A stretch of 63,567 bases of DNA, counting the filler, from Chiloscyllium plagiosum (Eukaryota), in NCBI RefSeq assembly GCF_004010195.1. It is 4 parts of one record of this genome, joined end to end, with 100 filler letters (N's around TTAATTAATTAA, not from the genome) between each part and the next. Parts side by side here need not be neighbours in the genome. Positions count along the whole stretch, not along the records: positions 1 to 31,022 come from NC_057717.1; positions 31,123 to 50,951 come from NC_057717.1; 2 more parts are not named here. One strand, written 5' to 3'. The position numbers were made by a program, and so were the translations under genes. The notes under the pieces are model-generated. The model was not told where the DNA came from, ran no database searches, and worked only from the letters and a program-made list of their open reading frames with translations. Position 1 is the stretch's first letter, and every line of letters starts with the position of its first letter. This document shows, in pieces, positions 25,201 through 37,403 of this stretch.

Positions 25201-26784
25201 CCCAATACTTCACATGCCTGTGCAAACCACATTTCCAATGACAGTGAGGTCGAGGCTCTGAATGAACTCTGAACACTTTCATGTACAGTTACTGTGTGAC
25301 TCTGCACTCAAAGTTACGTGGTACACAATCCTGTCAGAAAGCACAATACCTTCATTGTGCAACAGTTAGCCATTTCCCACCAGCTTCTGACTTCCAGAGA
25401 GAACATGGGTCTGCTCTCTCAGTGATGGAAGATGCCTTTGAAACTGGTTAAAAATTATCTTTATTCCTACTCACTGGAAACACATATGTACTATGAGTAA
25501 TAAAGCCACGAGGAACAAAGTGGACCAGTTTATCTGTTCAGTCCCTGCTCCATTTGTTTGTGATGTTGGACCATCTCTGACGCCTTCCTGTTCCTGGGTT
25601 AGTGACTTGATAAGTTGAATGACTTCTTCCTGTTCCTTTGTAAATGACCAGAGTGTGAAATTGTCTCTTTCTGATCCTGTGTAATTGACGTGTAGTGTTG
25701 GATAGATGACATGTCGTCCAGTGTAGCAGGCAGGAGGCTGTTTCACTTTTTGCACAATAGTTTTGATGGGCTGAATGACTTTCTCACATTCTTGTGAAGC
25801 CAGATTGAGGTGCAGAGTGAACTCCTTCGTTTACTGTCGAAATATCTTCCGGCGCTGTTACATAAGTGTTACTGACAGTTTAACAGCACAGGCTTGAATG
25901 CTGTCCAGGTCTTGTTGCGCAAGGACACAGACTGCGTTCGGACCTGAGGGATGACGAAGTGTTCTGAATATTTTGCAACCTACAGTGAATATCCCCACTT
26001 CTGTTCGGTGTAAACTCAATGGGCTGAACGGCCTGCTTGCACACTGCGGGGATTTCCCTGCTGACAAACTGGAGATGCCTGGGATAAAGGAGCTACACTG
26101 GGGATCTCCTGCAATGATGTCCCACAGCTGAAATGATTGATGCCTAATGATGATAAACATCTTCCATTGTGCTGTGAATGACTACAAACAGCGGGGAGTT
26201 TGCAATGGATTCTGATTAAGTCTGATTTTGCTCAGGCTCCTTGATATTATCCTGTTAAATACTGCCCTGATACTAGTTGCCAGTCGCTTTTAGCTAAGCC
26301 CTTGTATTCACCTCTATCGCTCGTATCAATAGGTTATCTTGTATGAGCAGAGTAATGGTTTCTTCAAACAGAGGGTAGTGAATGTCAGGAATTGTCTATT
26401 CAGAAGATTCAGGGGAGCCTGATCACTGAAAGACCTCTGAATGGTCTTCCCTGTTTCTGTGCACCAGGTGATGCAGTAAATGGCCTCCAACTACTCCTAC
26501 CTAGCAGGTTGGAGGAGCTGAATGGAACAATGGAGCATCACACTCAGGAGCAAGATTAGGTCGTTTGACATTATGAAACTGCTCCAGTACGCACTAAGAT
26601 TGTGATATATCGGGTTGTGGTCTCAGTCCCGCTTTTCTGTCTGTATTCCATTAACCATGACTCAATCTCTGTCAAATACTAATGAACTCAGTTTGAATAA
26701 ATGTGAACAAAGTGGCACCACATACCTCTGGGGAAGAGAATTCACACTCAAATGGCCTTTTTAGAATTTCTCCTCATATCTCTT

Positions 26785-28330
26785 ACAGTGTCATACAGCA
26801 GGGAACCCTGTCCCCATAAACCAGACATCCCAATCTGATCTCAACCCATTTGTCAGCAGTTGGCCCATATCCCTGCCAATTCTTCCTATTAATATGTACA
26901 GCCAAATGCCTTTTAAATGTTGGATGCAAATTTGGATGAAATGAAATGAAATTCACAGTCTGGACGAAAATGTTTTCCCTTCACTATCTTTCTCCTCTCA
27001 CCTTAATCCTTTGTCCTATAGTTTTGGACTCCCCTATCCTGGGAAAAAGACCTTTGCTATTCAGACTTTCCATGCCTCTCATGATTTTAAAAACGTCCAT
27101 AATATGACGCCTCGGTCTCTGACGATCAACAGTAAACAAGCCCCAGTCTGTCCACCCTCTTCCTGTTGCTCAATCCCTCCATGCCCGGCAATATCCTTTT
27201 AAATCTTTTCTGCACCCGCTCAGGTTTAACAACATCCTTGCTGTAGCAGAGCGAACTGAATTAAACACAGTATTCTAAATATGGCCTCATCAACATCCTG
27301 CCCAGTCACAACGTGATCTCCCAACTCGCATATTCCATGTACTGATCAATAAAGGCAAACATACCAAACCCCACCTTCACCACTCTGTCAATCTGCGACT
27401 CCACTTTCAGGATCAATGAACCTGCACAGTTTTGTTCAGCAATACTCCATAGGTCCCCAACCTTTAATTGTATATTCTGCCCTATTTTACCTTACCAAAA
27501 TGCAACTCTTCACATTTACCTAAAGTTAACTTCATCTGTCACTCCTCGGCCCATGGCCCATTTGATCGAGGAGAAAGTGAGGTCTGCAGATGCTGGAGAT
27601 CAGAGCTGAAAATGTGATGCTGGAAAAGCGCAGCAGGTCAGGCAACATACAGGGAAAAGGAGAATCGACTTTTCGGGCATAAGCCCTCATTCCTGAAGAA
27701 GGGCTTATGCCCGAAACGTCGATTCTCCTGTTCCCTGGATGCTGCCTGACCTGCTGCGCTTTTCCAGCAACACATTTTCAGCTCCATTTGATCGAGGGCC
27801 CATTGTACTCTGAGGCAAACCTTGCAGGCCACTGCACGTCCAATTTTAAGATTATCTGTGAACATAATAAACAGGCAAATATTCACATTCAAATAATTTA
27901 TATAAATAATGAAATGAGTGGATTCAGCTCTGCTCCTTGTGGCACATCACTAGTCATAGGCCTCCAGTCTGTAAAGCAGTCCTCTACCACCCTCTGTCTC
28001 CTACCTTCACTCTCATTTTTAGTCATTTCGCTAGTTTATCTTGGATCTATTTATGACCTAACCTTACTAACTTGTCTGCCATGCGGATCCTGTCGAATGC
28101 CTTGCTGAAGTCTATATGGACAGCGTCGACCACACTGCCATCACCAATCTTCTTCGTCACCTCTTCACAAAATGGAATCAACTTTGTTAGAAATGATTTC
28201 CCATGCACAAAGCCATGTTGACTATCCTTCATCAGGTGTTGCATTTGCAAATACATGAAAATCCTGCCCTTCTCAATGCTCTCCTACAACGTGCGCACCA
28301 ATGACGTCAGGCTCACTGATCTATAGTTCA
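26785..28330 (-). mobile_element. CR1 RT/3' fragment containing a palindromic Penelope-derived insert
   Basis: ORF DSQHGFVHGKSFLTKLIPFCEEVTKKI...DFSKAFD; paralogous to 56560-58040. Confidence 0.85.
27572..27783. mobile_element. Short palindromic Penelope-derived non-autonomous element with a 14-bp TSD
   Basis: Inverted arms of about 85 bp; CCATTTGATCGAGG at 27558-27571 and 27784-27797; central CTGAAGA...GAAACGTC motif. Confidence 0.85.
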
Positions 28331-29737
28331 GGACATTATTCCCTTTCCTCGTCCCACGCTTCCACTGCTCACTGCAAATGTTACTGTAACGGGGTTGGTG
28401 ATATGATCAATAATATAGGTGTCAGAATGTGTGAGGGTTAGGAACATTTCAGGCAGGATTTATTAATCTGCTAAAATGAACAAGTTTATGACACAAACAA
28501 AGTTACTACGATGGAAAAGTAAATGACAGATAGTTTGGATATGTGCACCGATGTTTCCCTTTCGAAAAATACTGACACATGCACACATTTGATGGCAAAC
28601 TGAAAAATAAAATCTCTGCAAAGCGTTAAATTCAAAGAACTTTGCTCAAATATTAATTGAACACATGACGAAAGGATTCATGAGTGATTGTCCCAAACAC
28701 CATTATGGAGTTCTTCTGATATTACAAGCTGTTGGTAAAGGGATCACTTTCTGTAACAGGTGGATTTAGCTGGATTCCCTTTACTTCAAGCAGTCGGGTG
28801 ATTCCAGTGAATCCTCGACAGGAATCCTCAATCAGTGGTAAAGACGACTGAGATGTTTTCAGCTCACACACATTGCTGGAAGGAGAAACGCGGAGAGAGA
28901 GGGAGAACCAGGCTGTTCCTTCTCAGGAATATTACAATTTCTCCCTCTCTGAGTTGAATCACACAATAACGTTACCCAGCCCCAAACTGGACCAAATGAG
29001 GTCTCTTTGAACAGTGTCTGAACTGTACGATTCCATCACATTCCCTGCATCATTTCCGTCCATGTTTGCTGCTGTTGGACGCCCAGCCATTTCTTTCGGA
29101 ACAAATACCACCACTCGATTTGAAGATGTGTTTATGTGTTCTAGTGTACTTATAAAAAACAACTTGTAATATCTTCACAAAATCGGCATTTCAATGAATG
29201 CGTCTTATTCTTAAATTACTATCCCAGTTTTATTCTCCCATAGAAGATAAAATATTCATCAGGTATTCACAAGCTCAAAATCTAAATCTTATCTGGTCAA
29301 TAAGAACGTTTCTCATTGCCAGGCCTGGACTTCTAATCGTACATAATATAGTGCCTTCATCGCAAGAACGAGCAAAGATAAACATCTTTGAAAAGTTTGA
29401 AAATCAATTTGTTTTTCACTTCAGTGGAATCACAGCCACACACAGTACATCAGATGTCGTGTTAATATTTACCTGTCCAGATGCAGTAAAACATCCTGAA
29501 GATCGGACCCAATGCTCTTTGCAAGAAAAAGTATCATTTCATTTAATTTTCAAATCACGTGCTGCCTGTACAGACTAACTTGACGCGATTTATGGACGAA
29601 GACACACAAATCATATTATAACACTGCGTTCCGCCTTCTGCCTCAAGTTATATAATTTATGGTTGTTTTATGCTTCCTCCAAAACACAAATTTCCCACCG
29701 CCCACAATATACTGCTCTTTTTTGGTGAAGGTTTACT

Positions 29738-29960
29738 CACTGCCCTCCCCTGTCTGTATCCCATTGCAGACGCTCTGCCCTCCCCCTGTCTGTCTCCAAT
29801 TGCAGACGCTCTTTCCTCCCCTATCTCTATCCCATCGCAGACGCGCTGCCCTCCTCCTATCTATATCCCTTTGCAGACGCTCTGCCATCCCCAGTCTATA
29901 TCACATTGCAGGCCCTCTGCTCTCCCACTGTCTATGGCCCATTGAAGACGCTCTGCCTCC
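29738..29960. repeat. Minisatellite, about six copies of a 35-36 bp unit
   Basis: CTCTGCCCTCCCCTGTCTRTATCCCATTGCAGACG-like units. Confidence 0.9.
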
Positions 29961-30177
29961 AGTTGAAATCTTGTTGAATGACTATCCTGGTGCATGAGCA
30001 AACTGAGCTCCAATCCATTCAGCGCCTTCATCCAAATCATTAATCTGGATTGTAAACTGTTGATGACCTCACACTGATTCCTGAGGAATTCCACGAGTTA
30101 CAGCTTTCCAACTTGAAAATAAGTAATTATCTCGACTCTCTATTTCCTCGTAGCGGATCAGGGATCTCCTGTTCCTG

Positions 30178-30505
30178 TTATGAAATCATTAGGGACATGG
30201 ATAGGGTAAATAGGCAAGGTATTTTCCCTGGTGTAAGAGAGTCCAGAATTGGAGGGCATAGGTTTAGGGTGAGAGGGGAAAGATATAAAAGAGACCTGTG
30301 TCATGCAGAATGTGGTATGTGTATGGGATGAGCTGCCAGAGGAAGTGGTGGAGGCTGGAACAATTGCAGCATTTGAAAGACACCTGTTTGGGTATATGAA
30401 TAGGTAGGGTTTGGAAGGATATGGCATGTGGGATGTATTTGGGTTGGGATATGTTGGACCATAAGGTCTGTTTCCACGCTGTGCATCTCTCGGATTCTAT
30501 GACTC
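30178..30505 (+). mobile_element. CR1 3' fragment
   Basis: YEIIRDMDRVNRQGIFPGVRESRIGGHRFRVRGERYKRDL; tail ending CTATGACTCTATG. Confidence 0.85.
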
Positions 30506-31139
30506 TATGGCCCAGTCTTCGCTGTTCCCTGGGGATGAGAATACCACAGATAGCACAACCGGAAGGAGAGAGGAAATTATCTCAATCTTAAATGGGGAAA
30601 CCTTTAAATTTAAACGTGTATGAACCTCACAACAAGTCAGATTCCCCTTTTTTAAAAATGAGGGCACAACCAGTCGGAAAGACATAGACTATTCAGTCCA
30701 TCAAACATATCCAACATTCAGTAAAGTATTTATCAAACTCAGCCGCCACTGTTCTCTTGGGTAGACATTTCCGATAGTGTAAACCATAGAGAGTATGAAA
30801 TTGATGCAGAACAGGACTGTTTGATTCATCAAGTCGATCTGCCGTTCAATCATGGCTGACATGTTTCTCAACAAAATTCTCCCGCCTTCTCACTGTTATC
30901 TTGATCCCCTTATCAATTAAAACGTATCTATATCTGTCTTAAAGACAGAACTGTGTTTCTGTCTCTATGTCTGTATGCGTGTGTGTGTTTCAGCTTATTG
31001 GCAGGAGGCAGAGGGTGGTAGANNNNNNNNNNNNNNNNNNNNNNNNNNNNNNNNNNNNNNNNNNNNTTAATTAATTAANNNNNNNNNNNNNNNNNNNNNN
31101 NNNNNNNNNNNNNNNNNNNNNNTTAAAAAATCAATTTTC

Positions 31140-31547
31140 AAACCTTCCATGTTTCAGTGCCTCTTTCTGATGAGAGGGAGACCAGAGTTGCACACAATAT
31201 TCCAAAAGTGGCCTAACCAATGTCCTGTACAGCTCCTTTACTCAATGCTCTGACCAACGAAGGGAAGAAAACCAAACAATTTCTTCACTATCCTATCTAC
31301 CTGTGACTCTACTTTCAAGGAGCTATGAACATACACTCCAAGGTCTCTTTGTTCTGCAAGACTCTCCAAGACCTTACAATTCAGTGTGAGTCCTGCTCTG
31401 ATTTGCTTTTCTCAAATGCAGCACCTCACATTTATCTAAATTATACCCTATCTGACATTCCGCAGGCCATTGGTCCATCTGATCAGTATCTCCATTGTAT
31501 TCTTAGACAACCTTTATCACTGTCCACAATACCTCCAATTTTGGTGT
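31140..31547 (-). mobile_element. CR1 RT fragment abutting the ERV 5' LTR
   Basis: Similar to 6050-6510; ends at CCTCCAATTTTGGTGT. Confidence 0.8.
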
Positions 31548-32211
31548 TGTGGGATATAGGTAAATTAATGTTATTTCTGCAATTATAAGTTCTGATACAG
31601 AGTAAATGAACTCACATCAGTATGTGATTGTTTTGGCCCAGAACTGAGTTAACAAGAATGGGGACTATATAGAGGAAATATAAATAATCAGTTAAAAATG
31701 GTATGTCAGCATGAGACATGATCACAAAACAATGGTAGATGTATGGGCGAATAGATAAGAAGTTATAAGAGAATGCAATCACTTGTACAACAGTAGGAAA
31801 AAACATCTGTTTTCCCAGTTGTACGGAGACACAGGAACAAACCCTAATTAAAGAGGTCATAAAGGTCAGAGTGGCCTCCGGAGAGGAATAAATGCTGATA
31901 AAGAAAAGATATGCCTAACGATGACCTGCAGTGGGATGACGTCAAACAACCTTATGGGGGCCAGAGATAGGCATTTGTCACGGACAAGGCCGGATAAACA
32001 GAAGTTGTAAGATCAGTCTTAGGGAAATGAGTGACGTTAGCTCAAACTGTATAAATTTTGAAAGTTTGTTGAATATGATGTGTATTTTGTCTCTGCCTTA
32101 TTTGGCATTAGGCATTGCACCCACTTGCAAGTGAACACAATAAAGGACACTACTGATTCAGATTTTTGTCTCGGACTGCAATTGTTTCGTGAGTGAGCTT
32201 TGTTTCTCACA
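31548..32211 (+). repeat. 5' LTR (664 bp)
   Basis: TGTGGGA...TCTCACA termini, TATAAA near 32050, AATAAA at 32139-32144, followed by the PBS. Confidence 0.85.
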
Positions 32212-32213
32212 AC

Positions 32214-32231
32214 TGGGGACTCGTCCGGGAT
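32214..32231 (+). promoter_or_regulatory. Primer binding site, tRNA-Pro
   Basis: TGGGGACTCGTCCGGGAT, 17/18 match to the canonical Pro PBS TGGGGGCTCGTCCGGGAT, 2 nt after the LTR. Confidence 0.92.
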
Positions 32232-32438
32232 TTTCTTCCATCGCCGGGGGAGTGGCTGGGCTTGGACACTGGGAAGACGCGTCCCGTTCCCCATTGAGGA
32301 GCGGTCTCGTGACCCGGTTTGGTCTGCTCCCTTGGGCGACTGGTGTGAATCCTACAAGACAGACATCTGAATCAGACAGTGATAGGAGCTCGATAGAAGA
32401 TACATCGAAAAAGGGCCAGGCAACTCTGTGCACAGACC

Positions 32439-32447
32439 AAGGTAAGA
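32439..32447 (+). promoter_or_regulatory. Probable major splice donor in the ERV leader
   Basis: AAG|GTAAGA upstream of the gag ATG. Confidence 0.55.
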
Positions 32448-32526
32448 AACCTGACTTTTAAGTATTGCCTTGGTGGCCGGGAAAAGAGGTATTTACTCGC
32501 TGAGGGACTAGCGAGGGCACCGGGAA

Positions 32527-33887
32527 ATGGGGGGTAGGCAGAGTAGCTGTCATGGAGTAAAGGAAGAAAGAGTCCCTGGTAACATTCCTCCTGAAAGTCC
32601 ATTGGGGAGGATGTTGCGGGATTGGACAAGTAATACTTGTACAAGGGCGAAAGATAAAAAGAAAATGATTAAATATTGTTGTTTAGTATGGACCAAAGAA
32701 CCAATCCNNNNNNNNNNNNNNNNNNNNNNNNNNNNNNNNNNNNNNNNNNNNNNNNNNNNNNNNNNNNNNNNNNNNNNNNNNNNNNNNNNNNNNNNNNNNN
32801 NNNNNNNNNNNNNNNNNNNNNNNNNNNNNNNNNNNNNNNNNNNNNNNNNNNNNNNNNNNNNNNNNNNNNNNNNNNNNNNNNNNNNNNNNNNNNNNNNNNN
32901 NNNNNNNNNNNNNNNNNNNNNNNNNNNNNNNNNNNNNNNNNNNNNNNNNNNNNNNNNNNNNNNNNNNNNNNNNNNNNNNNNNNNNNNNNNNNNNNNNNNN
33001 NNNNNNNNNNNNNNNNNNNNNNNNNNNNNNNNNNNNNNNNNNNNNNNNNNNNNNNNNNNNNNNNNNNNNNNNNNNNNNNNNNNNNNNTTAATGTCTATTT
33101 CGATTATACTATTTACTGGGGAGGAAAGGGGACTTATACGAGGAGCTGCCATTAAAATATGGGACAAGGAACACCCGATTGGAGATGGGGATGCTGGACA
33201 GGGAGAGGTGAAGTTTCCCCTCAGAGACCCCCAAAGGGAAAACCAAAACCCGGACCATAGAGAAGAAATGAGGGAATTGAAAGACCTGATTCTAAATGGA
33301 ATAAGGGAGGCAGTTCCGAAGTCACAGAATTTGACGAAAGCCTTTGAAGTTAGACAGGAGAAAGATGAGACTCCCTCAGCTTTCTTGCAAAGATTAAGGG
33401 ACTCAATGCGGAAATATTCTGGAATGAACCCTGAGAACCCAGTGGCACAGGGTTTTTTGAAAGTACATTTTGTGACAAAAGCATGGCCAGACATACAGAG
33501 AAAGATACAGAAGGTAGAAGGGTGGAGTGAAAAACCATTAGATGAATTGTTCAGAGAGGCACAGAAAGTGTTTGTAAGAGAGAGGAGAGACAAAAACAGA
33601 AGGTCAAAATGATGGTAGCTACGGTTGATGAGGTAGTTAAGAAAAGAATGGAATCAATAGTGAGCAACTGGTGCGGTGGGTGGCAGCATGTAGGACAGAG
33701 AGGAAGAGGGAGAAGGAGAGGAAAAGGGGGAGCATTTGATAGAGGGTTCGGGCGACAGGGGCAGAAATGGAGGTCTCCACAGGAAGGATGTTATTATTGT
33801 GGAAAGATAGGGCATTTTAGGTGGGACTGTCCTGATCTACAAAGGGAAGAAAGGACAATTCCGCTTATGAATTTTGATGAAGTCTAG
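32527..33887 (+). pseudogene. gag: gag (MA, CA, NC), spanning a 380-N gap and with a frameshift near 33600
   Basis: MGGRQS myristoylation motif; MHR-like VRQEKDETPSAFLQRLRD; zinc knuckle CYYCGKIGHFRWDC; ends at TAG 33885-33887. Confidence 0.9.
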
Positions 33888-36161
33888 GGGTGTCAGAAGT
33901 TCCTGCGCTCGGGGACCCCCCAGGAATCTTTGATAAACTTTAAGGTGGGACCCTGTAGGAAAGAGGTCGTCTTCCTAGTAGATACGGGGGCAGCACAGTC
34001 ATCGCTGCATTTTAACCCAAAGTAAGTAGAAATGTCGACACCGTCAATTACTGTTAGGGAGTAAAAGGGGAGGGATTTACTGTTCCAGTATTTTAACCTA
34101 TGATGATAGAAGGTCCTAAGGATAGGGTCACAGGGGAATTGTTGTATATCCCTGATAAAGGAAAAAACGTACTAGGGAGAGATTTAATTATCCTCTTAGG
34201 ACTGGAGATTGGAATTCAGGAAAAAGAAATAGTTCTACAAACGGCAATGTTGACAGAGGACGTGAAGAGAGAGATAGACACTATTGTATGGACTAGAGAA
34301 GGGAATCGTGGGAGACTACAGATCCCTCACCTTGAAATAAGTTTAAAAAGGAAAGGGGACGTTGTCTGTGAGCGACAGTATCCCATTTCCATAGAAGGTA
34401 AACGAGGACTGCAGCCAATAATTGAAGGACTGATTAGAGATGGATAGTTGCAGCCATGTATATCTCCTTATAAATACCCCAATTCTACCATTGCGGAAAT
34501 CTGATGGAACTTATCGATTTGTGCAGGATTTGAGAACATTAAATCGAATAGTACAGGTCAGGCACCCAGTGGTGCCAAACCCCTATACGTTATTAAGTAA
34601 GATCCCTCATGACTACAAATGGTTTAGTGTGATAGATTTAAAGGATGCCTTTTGGGTTTGTCCCTTGGCGGAGGAAAGTAGGATATTTTTTGCCTTTGAA
34701 TGGGAAGATCCCAAGACAGGATGGAAACAGCAATACCAGTGGACCGTGCTCCCCCAGGGGTTTACGCAATCCCAGAATTTATTTGGACAGATGTTAGAAC
34801 AAATATTGGAGACATTTAGCAGCCCCAAGGGGGCTACCCTGTTGCAGTATGTAGACGACCTCTTAGTAATAGGAAAAAGAAGAGAAAGAGTAGTAGAAGC
34901 CACTAACAAATTATTGAATTTCCTGGGACAGCAGGGCCTGCAAGTATCTAAAAACAAACTACAATATATGGAGCGGGAAGTGAAATACTTGGGACAATTA
35001 GTTAATGAGGGAAAGCGAAAGATAACCCTGGAACGGATAGAAGGAATAGTAGGGATGCCGCTGCCCAGGACTAAACGGGAGTTACCTAAAGTTTTGGGTC
35101 TAACGGCATATTGCAGATTGTGGATTGATTCCTATGCTCAAAAGACTAAGAACTTATATCTCAAACTATTAGAGGAGGAACCAAAATGTCTAAGTTGTAA
35201 TGATGAGGAAAAAGAACTAGTTGAGGAATTCAAAAGAGATCTGATCCATGCCCCCGTGTTAGCCTTACCTTCCCGAGATAAACCTTTCCACCTCTCTGCT
35301 ACAGTCGATAAGTGAGCGGCATTGCGAGTATTGACCCAGAGGTGGGGAGGAATGAAACAGCCAGTAGCATATCTCTCGAAGCTATTGGATCCAGTATCCT
35401 GGGGGTGGCCTGAGTGCGTGCAGGCTGTGACTGCCACCGCGAATGGGGTGTCTAAAATAATATTGGAGCACATAATTCCCCAATATGTGCTAGTAAACTG
35501 TAAATATTCCGACCAAGGAACTCATTTTACCTCTAAAGTGTTACAGGAGATAATGAAAGGGTTGGGAAATTCCTGGGAGTTCAATACTCCATGACACCCA
35601 CCATCATCAGGAAGGGTTGAGAGAATGAACTAAACACTCAAACGCCAGCTATCTAAATTGATAATAGAAACCAGACTTCCTTGCACCAATTGTTTACGTA
35701 TAGCTCTCTTGCGAGTGGAAACAGCCCCAAGGAAAGATTTGGGACTATCCCCCTATGAAATCATATTTGGATTACCTTATCTGGGAGCAAATGGAGAATT
35801 GCCAATTCCCGAAACTAAAGAATTGTTCTTAAAGACGTATATACTGGGCTTGTCCTCCTCTTTGTCTTTCCTCAGGAAACAGGGTTTATTGGCACAGACT
35901 CCACCCCTTGAATTCATCGTTCATCCCATCCAGCTGGGAGATTGGGTCGTAGTAAAATTATGGACAGAGACTAAATTGCAGCTGGACTGGGAAGGGACGT
36001 ACCAGGCTCTTTTGACTACCGAAACGGCAATAAGGACGGCCGGCAAAGGCTGGACTCACTACACTCGGATCAAAGGGCCAGTGGACTCTCCAGTTGAGGA
36101 AGAAGTCTGGACAGCCGAATCAACGCAAGACCCGCTGAAACTCAGACTAAAGAGACTTTGA
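33888..36161 (+). pseudogene. pol: pro-pol (protease, RT, integrase), with RNase H and the integrase N-terminus deleted
   Basis: DTG at 33981 in frame with gag; YRFVQDLR, DLKDAFW, WTVLPQGF, QYVDDLL; SDQGTHF, SSGRVERMN, GLSPYE and a GPY/F-like WEGTYQALLTT. Confidence 0.93.
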
Positions 36162-36179
36162 GTAACTGATTATACAGTG

Positions 36180-37380
36180 GCGAATGGGGAACAGTTCCTG
36201 AGTCTGATTATCCAGAAGTCATAGACGCTGATCCGGGGATGTATTGTGGGGATGTAGATAATCAGAGACAGTATTCAGCTCTGAGATACATCTTAAGTCC
36301 TATGGGATGGTACTTTGTATAATGGTCTCGTCACAGTACACCGGGCCCCCTTCTGACCAGCTTGCGATTGTCCCGATAAAAAGTGTAACCCAATATACCT
36401 AACAATAAAGAAAACCATATGGCACGAAGAAATTCTGGAGTGGGGGGGGGGGGGGCATCTATGAGATACAATTAAATGAAACATTTGGGATAGAAATGAA
36501 AGCAAATGGGAATGATTTCTTGGGCTGTTGTTTTCAAATTAGCGTAGGATAGGGAAAACGGGTAGAACAACTGGGTAATAAGATACAATCTTTCACCTCT
36601 CCCGATGATCCTAAAGTAGTAAAAATTATAGAGGTAAAGGACTTGAAACAGACCACCGAAATAGAAACTGGGTGCGGGGATGCAAATGCCTGGGTTGAAT
36701 GGGTAAAGTATACTGTAAGAAGTCGAAACAAGAGCAATTGCTATGCATGTGCCTCCGGTAGGCCAGTGGCCCAGGTCGTTCCCTTTCCGCTCGGGTGTAA
36801 GCGAGGCAGGAAGGGCATGAAATGTATGATAGCCCTGTATCAGGATGAGACTGCATGGAATGATAGGAAATGTACCTCCCTATCTCTGATGTTCCCTCCC
36901 TTGGAGAAGAAAGATGCAAAAGTCCACCCCACATTTTCCGCCGCAGTTGGAAATCACTTGTTGTGTGTGCATAGACGATGTACAAATCAATCTAGAGATT
37001 TGCGGGAGGTGAAATTGTGTACAGATATTAAGAATGTTACCGAAACGGACAAGAGAGGGAACGACTCAGCACGAAAGGTTCCCCGAGCGGATCTGTGGTA
37101 GTACTGTGGAGGCAAAATATTGAGACACATGCTACCTCCGGATTGGAGAGGGATATGTGCAATTGTACAATTGGCAATTCCATTTACCCAGGCATTTGAG
37201 AAGGAAAAGATAGTACGGAAAAAAGGAAGGAGTAAGAGATCACTATTAGACACTTCATTCGATGACAGGATTTATCTCAATTCTATAGGAGTTCCCGGGG
37301 TGGGGGGGGGGGGGGGGGCGTACCTGATGGCTTCAAGGCTCGCAACCATATTGCAGAAAAATTGCAGAAACAACAATTGA
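36180..37380 (+). pseudogene. env: env remnant: SU, furin site and start of TM; most of TM missing
   Basis: NAWVEWVKYT...SNCYACA (CxxC), LPPDWRGICAIVQLAIPF, RSKR, IYLNSIGVP..VPDGFKARNHIA; start codon not identified. Confidence 0.85.
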
Positions 37381-37390
37381 ATGTACAAAT

Positions 37391-37402
37391 AAAAAGGGGG
37401 GA
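37391..37402 (+). promoter_or_regulatory. Polypurine tract
   Basis: AAAAAGGGGGGA ending 1 nt before the TGTG of the 3' LTR. Confidence 0.88.
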
Positions 37403-37403
37403 T

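Noticed and set aside
31023..31122. TTAATTAATTAA centred in a 100-bp N run (also 50952-51051 and 61487-61586)
   Set aside because: Identical palindromic six-frame-stop spacer in identically sized gaps; an assembly linker, not biology
32550..33593. Long ORFs spanning the N run (347 aa minus strand; 361 and 159 aa plus strand)
   Set aside because: Length is inflated by 380 Ns; only the plus-strand gag segments are supported
36180..37380. Domesticated syncytin-like env
   Set aside because: Multiple stops and frameshifts, no start codon identified, TM missing
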